This document shows, piece after piece, positions 48,314 through 58,564 of a stretch of 64,000 nt of DNA (within the stretch, counting starts at the first letter, position 1; every line of letters starts with the position of its first letter). The DNA is taken from contig CAWFJP010000003.1 of assembly GCA_963816145.1 (NCBI GenBank), positions 736,001 through 800,000 of the forward strand, in the 5' to 3' direction. Below the pieces are notes generated by a model. It did not search any database. It was not told the origin of the DNA and saw only the letters and a program-made list of their open reading frames with translations. A program made the position numbers and the translations under genes. The stretch is from an uncultured delta proteobacterium. Its GTDB lineage: Bacteria > Desulfobacterota > Binatia > UBA9968.

Positions 48314-49468
48314 ATGCGCCGCCGAGCCGACTACCCGACCTTTCCCGACGAAGAACTCAACCGGCGCCACCAGGCTTTCCACGGCTTAATGGAGCAGGAA
48401 GGGGTCGATGCTGCGCTCATTTACGGCAGCGGCCGCTATTCATCGGATATTTATTGGCTGAGCGATTGGCCGAGCAGTCGCGAAGCCTATCTGCTTATGC
48501 AAACCGGTAAAGACCCGGTGATCTTGATGCAATTGTTCAACCACTACCCGATGGCCCGGGTGATGTCGTGGATCAAGGATCTGCGTTGGGCCGGTGCCAA
48601 TACCACCAACAGCGTCGTCGATCTATTTGCCGAGCGTGGCTTGGAGTCGAGGAAGATCGGCCTGGTGGGCGCGATTTCCTATCAAGTCTACAACCGGCTG
48701 CGCGATAAATATCCCAACGCCAGTTTCGTCGATCTTGGCGGCAAACTGCGCATGATGCGGACGATCAAGAGCCCGGCCGAAATCGAACGTATTCATCTCG
48801 CCTCCAAGCTCACCGATCAATCGATCCAGGCGATGGCCGAAGGGCTACGCGAAGGCATGCGCGAAGACGAGATCCCCGCGCTCATCGAGCCGGTCTATCT
48901 CAAAGCCGGCGGCTACGCCGGCATTCACTTCATGAGCAGCATGCCCATGCGCAGCCCCGACTTCTGCGTGCCGTCGCAGTTTCATTCGAATCGAAAGCTG
49001 CAAAAGGGCGACGCCATTATCAGCGAGATTAGCGGAGCTTACTCGGGTTACAGCGGGCAGATCCACCGCACCTTCTCCATCGGCCAAGGTCCGACACCGG
49101 AGTGGCAGAAAATGCATGACGCGGCCATGGAGGCTTTCGATATTTTGTCGAAGGTCATCAAAGACGGCGCGACGACCACTGAAGCGGAAGAAGCCGCCGA
49201 GATCATCCACCAGCGCGGCTACAGCACCTACGACGATCTCGTCCACGGCGTCAATCAGTATCCGCCGATCTTCCAAACCAAAACGCGCAAGCGCCACGAC
49301 TCCCGCGAAATCACCTTTCGCGAAAACATGGTCATCGTCATCCAGCCCAATCTGATGACCTACGACGAGAAGATGGGCTTACAGTTCGGCGAGACTTTGG
49401 TAGTGAAGCGGAACGGCTGCGAGAGTTTGAATGCCTATCCGCGGCAGTGGGTGACCTGCCAAGGATGA
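48314..49468 (+). CDS. M24 peptidase / creatinase-fold protein
   Basis: RTIKSPAEIE, EISGAYSGYSGQIHRTF, LVHG, IQPN; several metal ligands degenerate. Confidence 0.8.
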   Translation: MRRRADYPTFPDEELNRRHQAFHGLMEQEGVDAALIYGSGRYSSDIYWLSDWPSSREAYLLMQTGKDPVILMQLFNHYPMARVMSWIKDLRWAGANTTNSVVDLFAERGLESRKIGLVGAISYQVYNRLRDKYPNASFVDLGGKLRMMRTIKSPAEIERIHLASKLTDQSIQAMAEGLREGMREDEIPALIEPVYLKAGGYAGIHFMSSMPMRSPDFCVPSQFHSNRKLQKGDAIISEISGAYSGYSGQIHRTFSIGQGPTPEWQKMHDAAMEAFDILSKVIKDGATTTEAEEAAEIIHQRGYSTYDDLVHGVNQYPPIFQTKTRKRHDSREITFRENMVIVIQPNLMTYDEKMGLQFGETLVVKRNGCESLNAYPRQWVTCQG

Positions 49469-49599
49469 GATTACCGATATATTAGTCCGATTTCGGAATA
49501 GACCTTGCCAAGACATAGAGACCTTTGTTCATCCCATCCGACCTGGGAGACCTAATGGCAAGTCGTGTGTGCGAAGGCTGTCTTATGATTGCAACGGGC

Positions 49600-50607
49600 T
49601 TAATCCGGTGGAATATACCAGAGCATCGCATGAACGCCGCCGCTAGCCGAACAAGCATATCCACCGACATAGGTTGCAGCTCCCCCCACACGCCAGATAG
49701 AACTGGCGTAACTGCATGATGAGTATTGGGATGGCGGCAAAATGTTGTGAAGATCTGTAAATGTTCCGGTCGCAAGATCCCAGACGCCGGCGCGAGAATA
49801 CCCATTGGAATCGATTACGTATCCGGAGGCCCAGCCCTGACTGACTCCCGTGAGAATCGACTCGTTGTGCTGGGCGGGATGAAGGTCGGTAAAACTGCCA
49901 GTTGCGAGATCCCAAGCGGCTGCATGGTTAATCGGCGGCACAATTATACTCGCCAAACTCGCAACACCGACGGCCATATTGCCATGCAATCCGTAAATCG
50001 CCGACCCCCAATAAACTGCAGGGTGTCTGTCGACATATGAACTCGACGACCCGTTCCAGGTAGCGGCACGTCCATCGACAACTCCCGCCTGCGTCTTGGA
50101 ATACATGGCGTAGACACTGGAAGAATTATAACCCGATGGATGAATAATTTTTGCGCTACTAGTAACGCTTGACCAGTAGGCTGCTTTGGCTGCTCCGCCA
50201 ATTACAGTTTCGCCTCCGAAGGCGCTGTTCCACAAGGCCCTCGCAACGGAACCGGTTGCTTTCGCTGGAAGCTGAAGCGGCGTTGCGGTTTTTGGATTGC
50301 CGCTCCAAGCGGTAGCGACATTAAGAGTCTTATACGGGGCAGACCCAGCCTGATTAACACCATCGGTGGCGTAAATAAGTCCTGAATACGGCACCACCGA
50401 GCCAGGACTTCCTTGCCAGCGAGCTCCGATGTCAGACAGATATCCATCCGATGTCATACCCACTTGATCAGTGGCGGAAACTCCCCGTAAGTATGACCCC
50501 GCCAATGCCTTGGGGGGATTCAGATCCCTATAGTGCCATTGCGCATGGACCAAGGTTGCCGACAACAAAGAAGCAGCGACGAAGAGCCAACTCAGAAATC
50601 GATTCAT
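49600..50607 (-). CDS. Secreted hypothetical protein with repeated LHP...S...G...VG...HA..W units (HAF-repeat-like)
   Basis: Signal peptide ending VHA; GAGGAGG RBS; repeated WDLATG.FTDLH; codon usage unlike neighbours. Confidence 0.65.
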   Translation of the reverse strand: MNRFLSWLFVAASLLSATLVHAQWHYRDLNPPKALAGSYLRGVSATDQVGMTSDGYLSDIGARWQGSPGSVVPYSGLIYATDGVNQAGSAPYKTLNVATAWSGNPKTATPLQLPAKATGSVARALWNSAFGGETVIGGAAKAAYWSSVTSSAKIIHPSGYNSSSVYAMYSKTQAGVVDGRAATWNGSSSSYVDRHPAVYWGSAIYGLHGNMAVGVASLASIIVPPINHAAAWDLATGSFTDLHPAQHNESILTGVSQGWASGYVIDSNGYSRAGVWDLATGTFTDLHNILPPSQYSSCSYASSIWRVGGAATYVGGYACSASGGVHAMLWYIPPD

Positions 50608-50648
50608 AATTGACCTCCTCGGAGAGCAGGCGGATTGAATATGGAACA

Positions 50649-50678
50649 TTTGTAGCAAAATCGGTTTTCAACCGTCAA
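50649..50678 (-). promoter_or_regulatory. Possible sigma70 promoter of the 50607 gene
   Basis: TTGACG-18 bp-TACAAA on the minus strand. Confidence 0.35.
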
Positions 50679-50752
50679 CAACAAATTTTCCGGCATCTCA
50701 ATCGACCTCCGTAAATCTATTACGAGTCATTATGCCCGCTCGTTGCCGGTCC

Positions 50753-51628
50753 TTACCCGGCCAGCGATATCACCACAGTCCCGGACACTACAGCGACCGC
50801 ACCGGCGACCGTGCGCCAGTTGAGCCGCTCGACGTCGCGGAGAAACAGCCAGGTTCCCAAGACGATCCACAGCGGGCTCGTCGCGACGATGGGCGAGACG
50901 ACAACGACATGCCCGACGCTCAGCGCGACGATCACCAGCAGAATTCCCAACGTCTCGAAAGTTCCGGCCAGGAGAAACGGTCCCAACGCACGCCGATCCC
51001 ATACCGGCTTTTGTTTTTGTCCGGGCAGCAACGTCGCGCTCGCCAACCAAGGCAACGCGACGATGCCAATCACTGCGGCGAGATAGAGCGGCTCGTTGGC
51101 GAGACCGAGCGTGTAGCGGCGCAGCGGATGGCTGACACCGGCGAGCACGGCGGCCCCCAACGGATAAGCCAGATGCCACCAGCGAAACGATGGCGCCCGG
51201 TTATCGCTCTGCCAAGAGATCAGCGTTACGCCGGCGACGATGAGAATAGTTCCGGCGATCACCGGCAGATTGAGCGGCTCGCCAAGAAATAAGATCGCCA
51301 GCGACGTGCTGAACAGCGGATGGGAACCGCGCAAAGTCATTCCCGCCGCCGCGCCGACGAGATGAATGCCGGCGTAGGTGAGAAACCGCAGCACCGGCTG
51401 CAGCAAACCGCTCAGGAAAAACAAGAACAGCACCCACCAAGAAACTTCGGGAACGCCGCGAAAAATCAGCAATGCAATCCACAACGCCACGGCATGAATC
51501 GCCACCGAAACCAGCGTGACAGTGATCGGCGTCGAGTAACGCAACCCACGCTTGGCTGCGATCCCAGAAATTGCGTATGACAGCGCGGCGCAGAGTGCGA
51601 TCAATTGCGGCGGGATGTCGGGCAGCAT
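50753..51628 (-). CDS. DMT/EamA family transporter
   Basis: Two EamA-like halves; LFLGE, SPIVATSPL. Confidence 0.85.
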   Translation of the reverse strand: MLPDIPPQLIALCAALSYAISGIAAKRGLRYSTPITVTLVSVAIHAVALWIALLIFRGVPEVSWWVLFLFFLSGLLQPVLRFLTYAGIHLVGAAAGMTLRGSHPLFSTSLAILFLGEPLNLPVIAGTILIVAGVTLISWQSDNRAPSFRWWHLAYPLGAAVLAGVSHPLRRYTLGLANEPLYLAAVIGIVALPWLASATLLPGQKQKPVWDRRALGPFLLAGTFETLGILLVIVALSVGHVVVVSPIVATSPLWIVLGTWLFLRDVERLNWRTVAGAVAVVSGTVVISLAG

Positions 51629-51800
51629 CGCGATGATTGGGTCGAGAGATGGAACGATATTTTTGTGACGCGCACCCGTCGGTTATATCTGAACCGCAGC
51701 GATATGCCACATGAGTTGTTGGGTTAAGCTAAGCTGCGCGAAAACAAACCACGGGGCTCCATCGGTCATACCGGCGTAGGCCGGTATCCATCTTCGCCTA

Positions 51801-51932
51801 GAGGCTGTGTCGCAACTGTCATTTCGAGGTGAAGCCGAGAAATCTTTTTTTCGTATGTGGCTGAAAACACGAGATCCCTCGCTGCGCTCGGGATGACAGA
51901 TGTGGGGCATTTGCGCATTACGACACAGCCTC
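51801..51932. mobile_element. 132-bp MITE with terminal inverted repeats, copy 1, inside a REP-like pair (51765-51947)
   Basis: GAGGCTGTGTCGCAA...TTACGACACAGCCTC; near-identical to 61924-62055. Confidence 0.82.
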
Positions 51933-52027
51933 CTGCGCCGGAATGACAAAAAGATAGGCCAGCATCGAAAGGAGAAATTCCAAACTTAAAGAATTGAGTT
52001 CCGACACGCCAAATTTCGCCAACTGCG

Positions 52028-52057
52028 TTGACAGACTTCGACTCACTCAGATAGGTT
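52028..52057 (+). promoter_or_regulatory. Possible sigma70 promoter of the MFS gene
   Basis: TTGACA-18 bp-TAGGTT. Confidence 0.45.
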
Positions 52058-52102
52058 GAAACCCATTCGCCCTACCGCAACTCTCACGACCCCCATGCAC
52101 CG

Positions 52103-53380
52103 ATGATCGGCAAACTCAAAGGACATCTTAACGGTCTATTTTACGGCTGGCGCATGATCGGCGTCAGCTGCGCGATCCGCGTCCTCGGCGGAGGGCTGCA
52201 CGCCTACGGACTATCGGTTTTCTTTCTCCCGGTGACTCAAGAACTGGGGCTGACGCGCACGGCGACCTCGCTGGTGTTTTCCTTGGCGCGCGCCCAGGGC
52301 GCCATCGAAGGACCCATCGCCGGTTACTGCATTGATCGCTTCGGCCCGCGTCCGGTCATTGCCATCGCCGTGGCGCTGGCCGGCATCGGCTATCTCCTGC
52401 TCGCCGGCGTGCACAGCTACGCCATGTTGCTGATCGTCTACATGGGCATCATCTCGCTGTCGTACCAAGCCGGTTTCATGGACGCGACGATGGCGGTGGC
52501 CAACACCTGGTTCATCCGCAAGCGCGCCCTGGCGATGTCAATCACCAGCGGCTCAATTGCTCTAGGCGGCGCGTTGCTCACCCCATTTCTCGCCTACGCC
52601 GTGCATACCTGGGGCTGGCGCATCGCCTCGATCGGCTCTGGCATCGCTTTTTTGCTCGCGGGCATGCCGCTGTCGCTGCTGATTCGACGCTCGCCGGAAA
52701 GTATCGGCCTATTGCCCGACGGCGCGCCGCTCGAAGCGAAGACCGCCAGCAACAATGAAACCAGAGTCGCAAGGCAGACGGCGATCGCAAGGGAATACAC
52801 GTTGCACGAGACATTGCGCACACATCAATTTTGGCTGCTCACGTTCGCCACCAGTTTTCGCGCGATCTGTTCCAGCGCCGTGCTGGTTCACTTCGTGCCG
52901 ATCCTGGTGTGGAAAGGTTACAGCGAAACCCAAGGAGCATTCTATCTAGGCGTCATCGCATTTTGCGGTATGCCGACACATTTACTCATCGGTTGGTTGG
53001 GTGACCGTTTATACAAGCCCCGTCTCATGGCCGGCTTCATGCTGCTCGGTAGTCTGTCGGTCTATTTATTATTTCACGGCCGGCAAACCTGGCAGCTGTG
53101 GCTCGCCGTGTTGCTCTTCAGCGTCTTCGAGGGGCTGTTTCCGGTCACGTGGGCCACCGTTGGAGATTTTTTTGGCCGAACAAACTTCGCCAAGATTCGC
53201 GGCAGCATGAGCTTTCTCTACACCTGGGGCAGCGTCCTTGGTCCGGTGATCGCCGGATCGATCTACGACCGCACGAAAAGTTATGCCGCACTGTTCTGGG
53301 TTCTATTGATCATGTGCGGGGTCACCGCGGCGCTTTACGCCATGATGTTCCAACCCAAACCCCGCGCCATGCGCAATTGA
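52103..53380 (+). CDS. MFS transporter (OFA/MCT-like)
   Basis: FYGW, GYCIDRFGPR, WFIRKRALA, GWLGDRL; about 12 hydrophobic segments. Confidence 0.9.
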   Translation: MIGKLKGHLNGLFYGWRMIGVSCAIRVLGGGLHAYGLSVFFLPVTQELGLTRTATSLVFSLARAQGAIEGPIAGYCIDRFGPRPVIAIAVALAGIGYLLLAGVHSYAMLLIVYMGIISLSYQAGFMDATMAVANTWFIRKRALAMSITSGSIALGGALLTPFLAYAVHTWGWRIASIGSGIAFLLAGMPLSLLIRRSPESIGLLPDGAPLEAKTASNNETRVARQTAIAREYTLHETLRTHQFWLLTFATSFRAICSSAVLVHFVPILVWKGYSETQGAFYLGVIAFCGMPTHLLIGWLGDRLYKPRLMAGFMLLGSLSVYLLFHGRQTWQLWLAVLLFSVFEGLFPVTWATVGDFFGRTNFAKIRGSMSFLYTWGSVLGPVIAGSIYDRTKSYAALFWVLLIMCGVTAALYAMMFQPKPRAMRN

Positions 53381-53389
53381 GCGAATCCA

Positions 53390-53872
53390 GTGAAGCAAAG
53401 TTTTTTCCGCGTCGGCAAAACCTGGGCGCCGGTCGTCATCTGGATGGCGCTGATATTTACTTTCTCCACCGACTGGTTCGCCGCCCCCAACACTTCATCG
53501 TTCTTCGGACCGCTGTTGTCCTGGCTGATTCCGGGAATTGCAGCCGAGAAAATTCAGATCATTCACGCCGCGCTACGCAAGCTCGGCCATTGGACCGAGT
53601 ATTTCATTTTGGCAACCTTCTTGGCGGCCGCGTGCCAAACCCAATGGCCGAAGCAAACCCGGCAAAGCCGCTTTACCGCTAGCGTGATGATTGCCACGCT
53701 CTATGCAATCAGCGATGAATGGCACCAATCCTTCGTGCCCAACCGCAGCGCTAGCGCCATCGATGTAACGATCGATGCCTGCGGCGCAATCTGTGGAGCA
53801 TTTTGGGCTCGGTACTGCGACCGAATTCCTGCGAAGCGCGACAAAGCCCAACAAGATGCGAAAAAACCTTGA
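53390..53872 (+). CDS. VanZ family protein
   Basis: WMALIFTFS, RKLGHWTEY, YAISDEWHQSFVPNR..S..DV..D. Confidence 0.88.
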   Translation: MKQSFFRVGKTWAPVVIWMALIFTFSTDWFAAPNTSSFFGPLLSWLIPGIAAEKIQIIHAALRKLGHWTEYFILATFLAAACQTQWPKQTRQSRFTASVMIATLYAISDEWHQSFVPNRSASAIDVTIDACGAICGAFWARYCDRIPAKRDKAQQDAKKP

Positions 53873-53909
53873 CAACTTCGGCGCAAATCGCGAGGATAGA
53901 ACCACGTTA

Positions 53910-54497
53910 ATGCACCGATTCACGCCATTGAAAACAGTCTCAGAACAGCAAATTCACCGCGCGACAACTTTCACCGTCCTGCTGGTCATCATGCTGCTTG
54001 GCTACGGCTGCAAATCGTCGGAACCGATCACAGCCGGAATGTTTTCGCCGCCGCAGTCCCTCAGCGGCACGGCGACTCCCGCGGCGGCCCGTTCGCTTTC
54101 CTCGATGGAAGCGATCAGCCGCGGTGTCGCCGCCGTCACTCCGCCGGGAGCGGCATTGAAGGATGTCTACTATCAATTCGATAGCGTCGAACTGGAAGGC
54201 GACGCGGTCGAGATCTTGAAGAAAAACGCCGAGTGGTTGAAAGCCAACCCCAAGGTGCGCGTCGAAGTCGAAGGCCACTGCGACGATATCGGTTCAGCCG
54301 AATACAATCTTGCCCTCGGCGCCAAACGCGCACAATCCGCCAAGGATTTTCTCGTCAGCCAAGGCATCGCCGCCGAACGCTTGGTGACGATCAGCTACGG
54401 CAAAGAAGCCCCTGCCTGTTTTGAACTCACCGAAGAATGCCGCGTGCACAACCGCCGCGCCCGCTTTGTCATGTTCACCGAAGTGCCGACCTCATAA
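53910..54497 (+). CDS. pal: Peptidoglycan-associated lipoprotein (OmpA domain)
   Basis: Lipobox-like LLGYGC; EGHCDDIGSAEYNLALGAKRA, TISYGKE, NRRA. Confidence 0.8.
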   Translation: MHRFTPLKTVSEQQIHRATTFTVLLVIMLLGYGCKSSEPITAGMFSPPQSLSGTATPAAARSLSSMEAISRGVAAVTPPGAALKDVYYQFDSVELEGDAVEILKKNAEWLKANPKVRVEVEGHCDDIGSAEYNLALGAKRAQSAKDFLVSQGIAAERLVTISYGKEAPACFELTEECRVHNRRARFVMFTEVPTS

Positions 54498-54508
54498 AAG
54501 AACAACCC

Positions 54509-54624
54509 GTTCTAATCGTTTCAACCGTTCAAGCCGTTTCGAACCGCTTCCGGAAAAAGACTGCACAAGCCCAAAATTCGGATAATTGTTTTTTGAACGG
54601 CTTGAACATTTAGAACCACTTGAC
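54509..54624. repeat. GTTCAA/TTGAAC palindrome (9-bp period) between convergent genes
   Basis: GTTCTAATCGTTTCAACCGTTCAAGCCG...TTGAACGGCTTGAACATTTAGAAC. Confidence 0.75.
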
Positions 54625-54635
54625 CTCGCTTATTC

Positions 54636-57218
54636 TCATTCATACCCGATCGCCGTGACCACGGGTGTCGCTGCGGCCTTTTTAGCTGGTCCATAACCGG
54701 CCAGGAGACAGAGTACAACCGTGGCACTGACGACCAGACCGGCTACGTCGTAGGGGTAGTAGAACTGGAACGTCCATCCGGTAAGCAGTTTAGTGTTGAA
54801 AACCACATGGTGATACGCCATCACACTGCCGGCGAACAGACCAAGGAGTCCGCCGATCAGGCCCATCCAGCCGGCTTCCATTACAATGATACGACGTATT
54901 TGGGACTGGGTCGCGCCGATGGCGCGTAGGACGCCGATCTCGCGGGTCCGGTCGAGAATCGACGCGAGCAGCGTGTTGATCACGCTGAAGATCGCCACCA
55001 CCAAGGCGACGATTTCCACGGCATAATTCACCACGAAGGACTGCTCCATGATCCGCAACACGGCGTCCTTCAGTTCGCGGTGCGTGCTGATAAAGAGCTG
55101 ATACTTCTCTCCATAGCCTTCTTTGATCTTTTGAATCAGCGCCGCCATGTCGACACCAGGCTCCAACCAGAGATCGAAGGCATCGACCAGTTGGTCGCGC
55201 CAATACTTCTTATAGAGCGCGCGATCGATCAGCACGCTGCCGATGTCGGACGAATAGTCGATATAAATGCCCAGCACTTTGAAAGTCACCGGCCCTGAAG
55301 GCGTAACGAGCTCGAAGCTATCGCCCACCTGCTTGCCGAAGCGGGTTTGAAAACTTTCGCTAACCACAGCGCCCTTGCCTTCGCCCATTTCACGCAGCGC
55401 GCGAGCGCCATCGCCTTGCGCCATCGGCAAGGTGCGCACGCGCGCCGATTCGACGGCGGAAAACGACTCGACGACGATCGGCCGTCCTTGATAATTCGCT
55501 CGGACCAGACGGTATAGATCGACAATTTTCACGCCCGGCAGCCCGCGCAGCCCGGCCGCCGGCTCTTCGCGCAACGAAACATTCCGCGGGCCGGCAGTGC
55601 GCGCGCCGGAGCTAATGATTATATCGGCGGTCACCATTTGATCGACCCACGCGAGCAGCGACCCACGCACGCTGTTGACGAAGGCGGCGATGGTGAAAAT
55701 GGCGGCCAGGCTGACAATCATCGTCGCCACCGTGATTCCTGAACGCAATGGATTACGCCGCAGACTGTCCGAAGCCAAACGCGTCTCTACCCATGACACG
55801 CCCGGCAGCGACAGCGTCGATCGCCATAGTATTTGCGCTACCTGACGGACGATGAGCGGCGCGAAAAAAGCCAGGCCGAGGAGAAAGATCAACATGCCGA
55901 CGACACCGACGCTGAATTGGCGCACCGATCCCGTGAGTCGCGGCGCTAGAACAATCATCACCGGCGCGATTGCCATAGAGAATATCCCAAGCCGGGTTGC
56001 CCAGGATTTCCTGGCGGCAAACACCGGCCGCCACACGGCTTGGCGGGCATTCTCCAACGGGCTGATGCGCAGCGCTTCGATGGCCGGATGGCAAGCCGCC
56101 AACAAGGCGACCCCGACGGCACTGGCAAGGGCGATGCCGAGCTCGCGCGGCGACAAACTAGTTCCTTCCAAGCCAATGGACGAATATAGATTGCGCACGG
56201 TTTCGCCGACGGCCAACAACGCCCCTTGGGCCAGAGCCCAACCGATCAGACAGCCGATGATCGCGCCGACGAGCGCCAGAATCAGCGCCTCGGCGACGAT
56301 CAGCCGCAACAGTTCGAAGCGGCGCATGCCCAGGCAGCGCAGGGTGCCGATCTCGCGCCTGCGTTGCACGATGGAGACCGAAACCGTGTTGTAGATGAGA
56401 AAAAAGCCGACGAACAGGGCGATCAAACTGACGAAGAAAAGACCGACGCGAAACGATGTCAGCAACGACTCGATTTGCTCGCCGCGTTTTTTCGGCCGCT
56501 CGACCTCGGCCGCGCCGGCCAACCGCTGGCGCAGTCTGGTTTGGACCGTTTCGACGCTCGTTCCAGTTTCGACGGTCAGATCGATGATATCGAGTTTGCC
56601 TTCCTTGCCGAAGGCGAGCTGCGCGACCGGCAAGTCCATCAAAGCAAAGTTGCCGCCGAAAACACGCGCCGTCCCCTCTTCTTTGAGCAAAGCGCTAACT
56701 CTATAGTTCTGCTTGCCCTGGCTCGTGTTGAGCTCCAAGGCCGAGCCGATGGATAATCCCAAGCGCCGGGCAAATGACTCAGTGACGGCGATGGAGTCCG
56801 GCCGGGCGATGAAATCGAGAGCTTTGTCGAAACCAAAACCATCGCCGGCAAACTGATGGTCGCGCATGGTGAAATCGGTCAGCAGGTCGACGCCGTAAAT
56901 ATACAGCCGTTCGGCGCGCACACCGCTCACCGGGAGAAAACCGTCGACCGCGGCAGCGACTTCAAGAACTCCCTCAGTGTCGCGCACCAGCGGCAGCAGC
57001 GCCTCAGCCATTCCGCTTTCGCTATTGGAGACTTGCAGCACCGCCTTACCGGCGATCTGCTCGATTGTCGATTGAAACGAAGTCGTCAACGCGCGATTGA
57101 CCAGCGCGATCGCGACAATCACCGCGACACCCAACGCCATACCCAAGAAAGTCAAGAACGTGCGCAGCCGATGATGCCGCACATGGCGCCAGGAGATGGT
57201 CTTGATGAGTCGAAACAT
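54636..57218 (-). CDS. ABC transporter permease, duplicated FtsX/MacB-like
   Basis: RTFLTFLGMALGVA; RRREIGTLRCLG and RTREIGVLRAIGAT. Confidence 0.9.
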   Translation of the reverse strand: MFRLIKTISWRHVRHHRLRTFLTFLGMALGVAVIVAIALVNRALTTSFQSTIEQIAGKAVLQVSNSESGMAEALLPLVRDTEGVLEVAAAVDGFLPVSGVRAERLYIYGVDLLTDFTMRDHQFAGDGFGFDKALDFIARPDSIAVTESFARRLGLSIGSALELNTSQGKQNYRVSALLKEEGTARVFGGNFALMDLPVAQLAFGKEGKLDIIDLTVETGTSVETVQTRLRQRLAGAAEVERPKKRGEQIESLLTSFRVGLFFVSLIALFVGFFLIYNTVSVSIVQRRREIGTLRCLGMRRFELLRLIVAEALILALVGAIIGCLIGWALAQGALLAVGETVRNLYSSIGLEGTSLSPRELGIALASAVGVALLAACHPAIEALRISPLENARQAVWRPVFAARKSWATRLGIFSMAIAPVMIVLAPRLTGSVRQFSVGVVGMLIFLLGLAFFAPLIVRQVAQILWRSTLSLPGVSWVETRLASDSLRRNPLRSGITVATMIVSLAAIFTIAAFVNSVRGSLLAWVDQMVTADIIISSGARTAGPRNVSLREEPAAGLRGLPGVKIVDLYRLVRANYQGRPIVVESFSAVESARVRTLPMAQGDGARALREMGEGKGAVVSESFQTRFGKQVGDSFELVTPSGPVTFKVLGIYIDYSSDIGSVLIDRALYKKYWRDQLVDAFDLWLEPGVDMAALIQKIKEGYGEKYQLFISTHRELKDAVLRIMEQSFVVNYAVEIVALVVAIFSVINTLLASILDRTREIGVLRAIGATQSQIRRIIVMEAGWMGLIGGLLGLFAGSVMAYHHVVFNTKLLTGWTFQFYYPYDVAGLVVSATVVLCLLAGYGPAKKAAATPVVTAIGYE

Positions 57219-57268
57219 GACTTGATGATCAGTTGAGCCGCAAACCGTTGCCCGCACCACCCTGTTTC

Positions 57269-57341
57269 GTAAGGCGTCAAAGGTGAAGGGTAAGGCATTT
57301 CTGATTCACAACGCTTCACCCCTTACCCCTGGCCCTTTACG
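57269..57341. repeat. Heptamer palindrome (GTAAGG/GTGAAG)n...(CTTCAC/CCTTAC)n
   Basis: GTAAGGCGTCAAAGGTGAAGGGTAAGG...CTTCACCCCTTACCCCTGGCCCTTTAC. Confidence 0.55.
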
Positions 57342-58005
57342 CTTCTTCGACTCGCCCATCGCGCAAATAAATCTTCCGGTCGGCATACCCTGCCGCCTCC
57401 TCGCTATGGGTCACCATGACGATGGTGCAACCGTCTTGCTGATTGACCTGGCGCAATAGGTCGAGAATCGCTAGACCGTTTTTGGAGTCGAGGTTACCGG
57501 TGGGCTCGTCGGCGAGCAGGATCGGCGGGTTGAAGGCTAGTGCCCGGGCGATCGCCACCCGCTGGATCTCGCCGCCGGAAAGCTCTTCCGGAAGATGCTG
57601 CTGGCGATGCTGCAATCCGACCTTGGCGAGTAGCGCCGCGGCGCGTTCATCCGCCTCGCTCTTACCGCGGCCGTCAAGCACGAAGGGCAAGGCGATATTT
57701 TCCGCCGCGGACAACGTCGGCAGGAGATTGAAAAATTGAAAGATAAAGCCGATCTTACTGCGGCGAAACAAAGTCACGTGATCGTCCGACATTTGGCCGA
57801 TCAAGCGGTCGTCCACCAGCAACTCGCCGCTAGTGGGCCGGTCCAAGCCGCCGATCACATGAAGCAGAGTGCTTTTCCCAGAGCCGCTCTCGCCCATCAC
57901 GGCAGCGAACGCACTTCGGGGAATCTCCAGTGACACGCCGGCGAGCGCCGTGATCTGGTTGTCACCCTGCTGGTAGACCTTGCAAACGTCGGTGCAGCGA
58001 ATCAT
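57337..58005 (-). CDS. ABC transporter ATP-binding protein (LolD/MacB-like)
   Basis: GESGSGKST, LSGGE, LLADEPTGNLD, VTH. Confidence 0.95.
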   Translation of the reverse strand: MIRCTDVCKVYQQGDNQITALAGVSLEIPRSAFAAVMGESGSGKSTLLHVIGGLDRPTSGELLVDDRLIGQMSDDHVTLFRRSKIGFIFQFFNLLPTLSAAENIALPFVLDGRGKSEADERAAALLAKVGLQHRQQHLPEELSGGEIQRVAIARALAFNPPILLADEPTGNLDSKNGLAILDLLRQVNQQDGCTIVMVTHSEEAAGYADRKIYLRDGRVEEA

Positions 58006-58017
58006 GCGGTGCGGCAG

Positions 58018-58383
58018 TTAGCAGAACAGCTGGATTGTCGGCACACCCAAAGCAGTAACAGTTTTACGTTGATCTTTTTCTAGCGCCGCAAGATTAGCGC
58101 TAACCCCATCCACCAAAGCATCGACGTTAACACCGAGGTATACCGGACTGTAGGCCTGAAGCTTTTCGATTCCCATGCGCCAGAGCTTCAACGCCCCGAC
58201 AGGTACGCCCTGTTCAAGTTTGTAATAGCCGGCGGCGATTTGAATGATGCCCTGGTAAAATTTGCGCTCCTCGCCATGCTCCTCGAGCCAGATCTCTTCG
58301 AGGGTTTCGTGGCACTCGAAATAGAGTCCGCTATTGAACTCTTCAATGCCCTTTATGAATCGCGGATCATCTTGTAGTTCCAT
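58018..58383 (-). CDS. DUF309 domain protein
   Basis: FNSGLYFECHETLEEIW, YQGIIQIAAG. Confidence 0.88.
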   Translation of the reverse strand: MELQDDPRFIKGIEEFNSGLYFECHETLEEIWLEEHGEERKFYQGIIQIAAGYYKLEQGVPVGALKLWRMGIEKLQAYSPVYLGVNVDALVDGVSANLAALEKDQRKTVTALGVPTIQLFC

Positions 58384-58431
58384 AGTCGATTTACCAAGCA
58401 AGCTACGTCGCGTCACTCGTGAAATTCAATC

Positions 58432-58512
58432 TCACCACGAAGGACACGAAGAGCACGAAGTTCGGAATAAAAGTCGTCCCAGCCTTCGTGTCCTTCGTGC
58501 GCTTCGTGGTGA
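58432..58512. repeat. CACGAAG/CTTCGTG palindrome
   Basis: Same family as 19001-19080. Confidence 0.85.
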
Positions 58513-58564
58513 AGCATATTTCGGCATTGCCGCCCCAGTCCCTTTGTGGTTAAGTTGTGACACT

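Noticed and set aside
58334-58564. N-terminal extension of the RlmD-like ORF (HHEGHEEHE)
   Set aside because: It is read-through of the CACGAAG repeat and overlaps DUF309; the TRAM domain starts near 58600.
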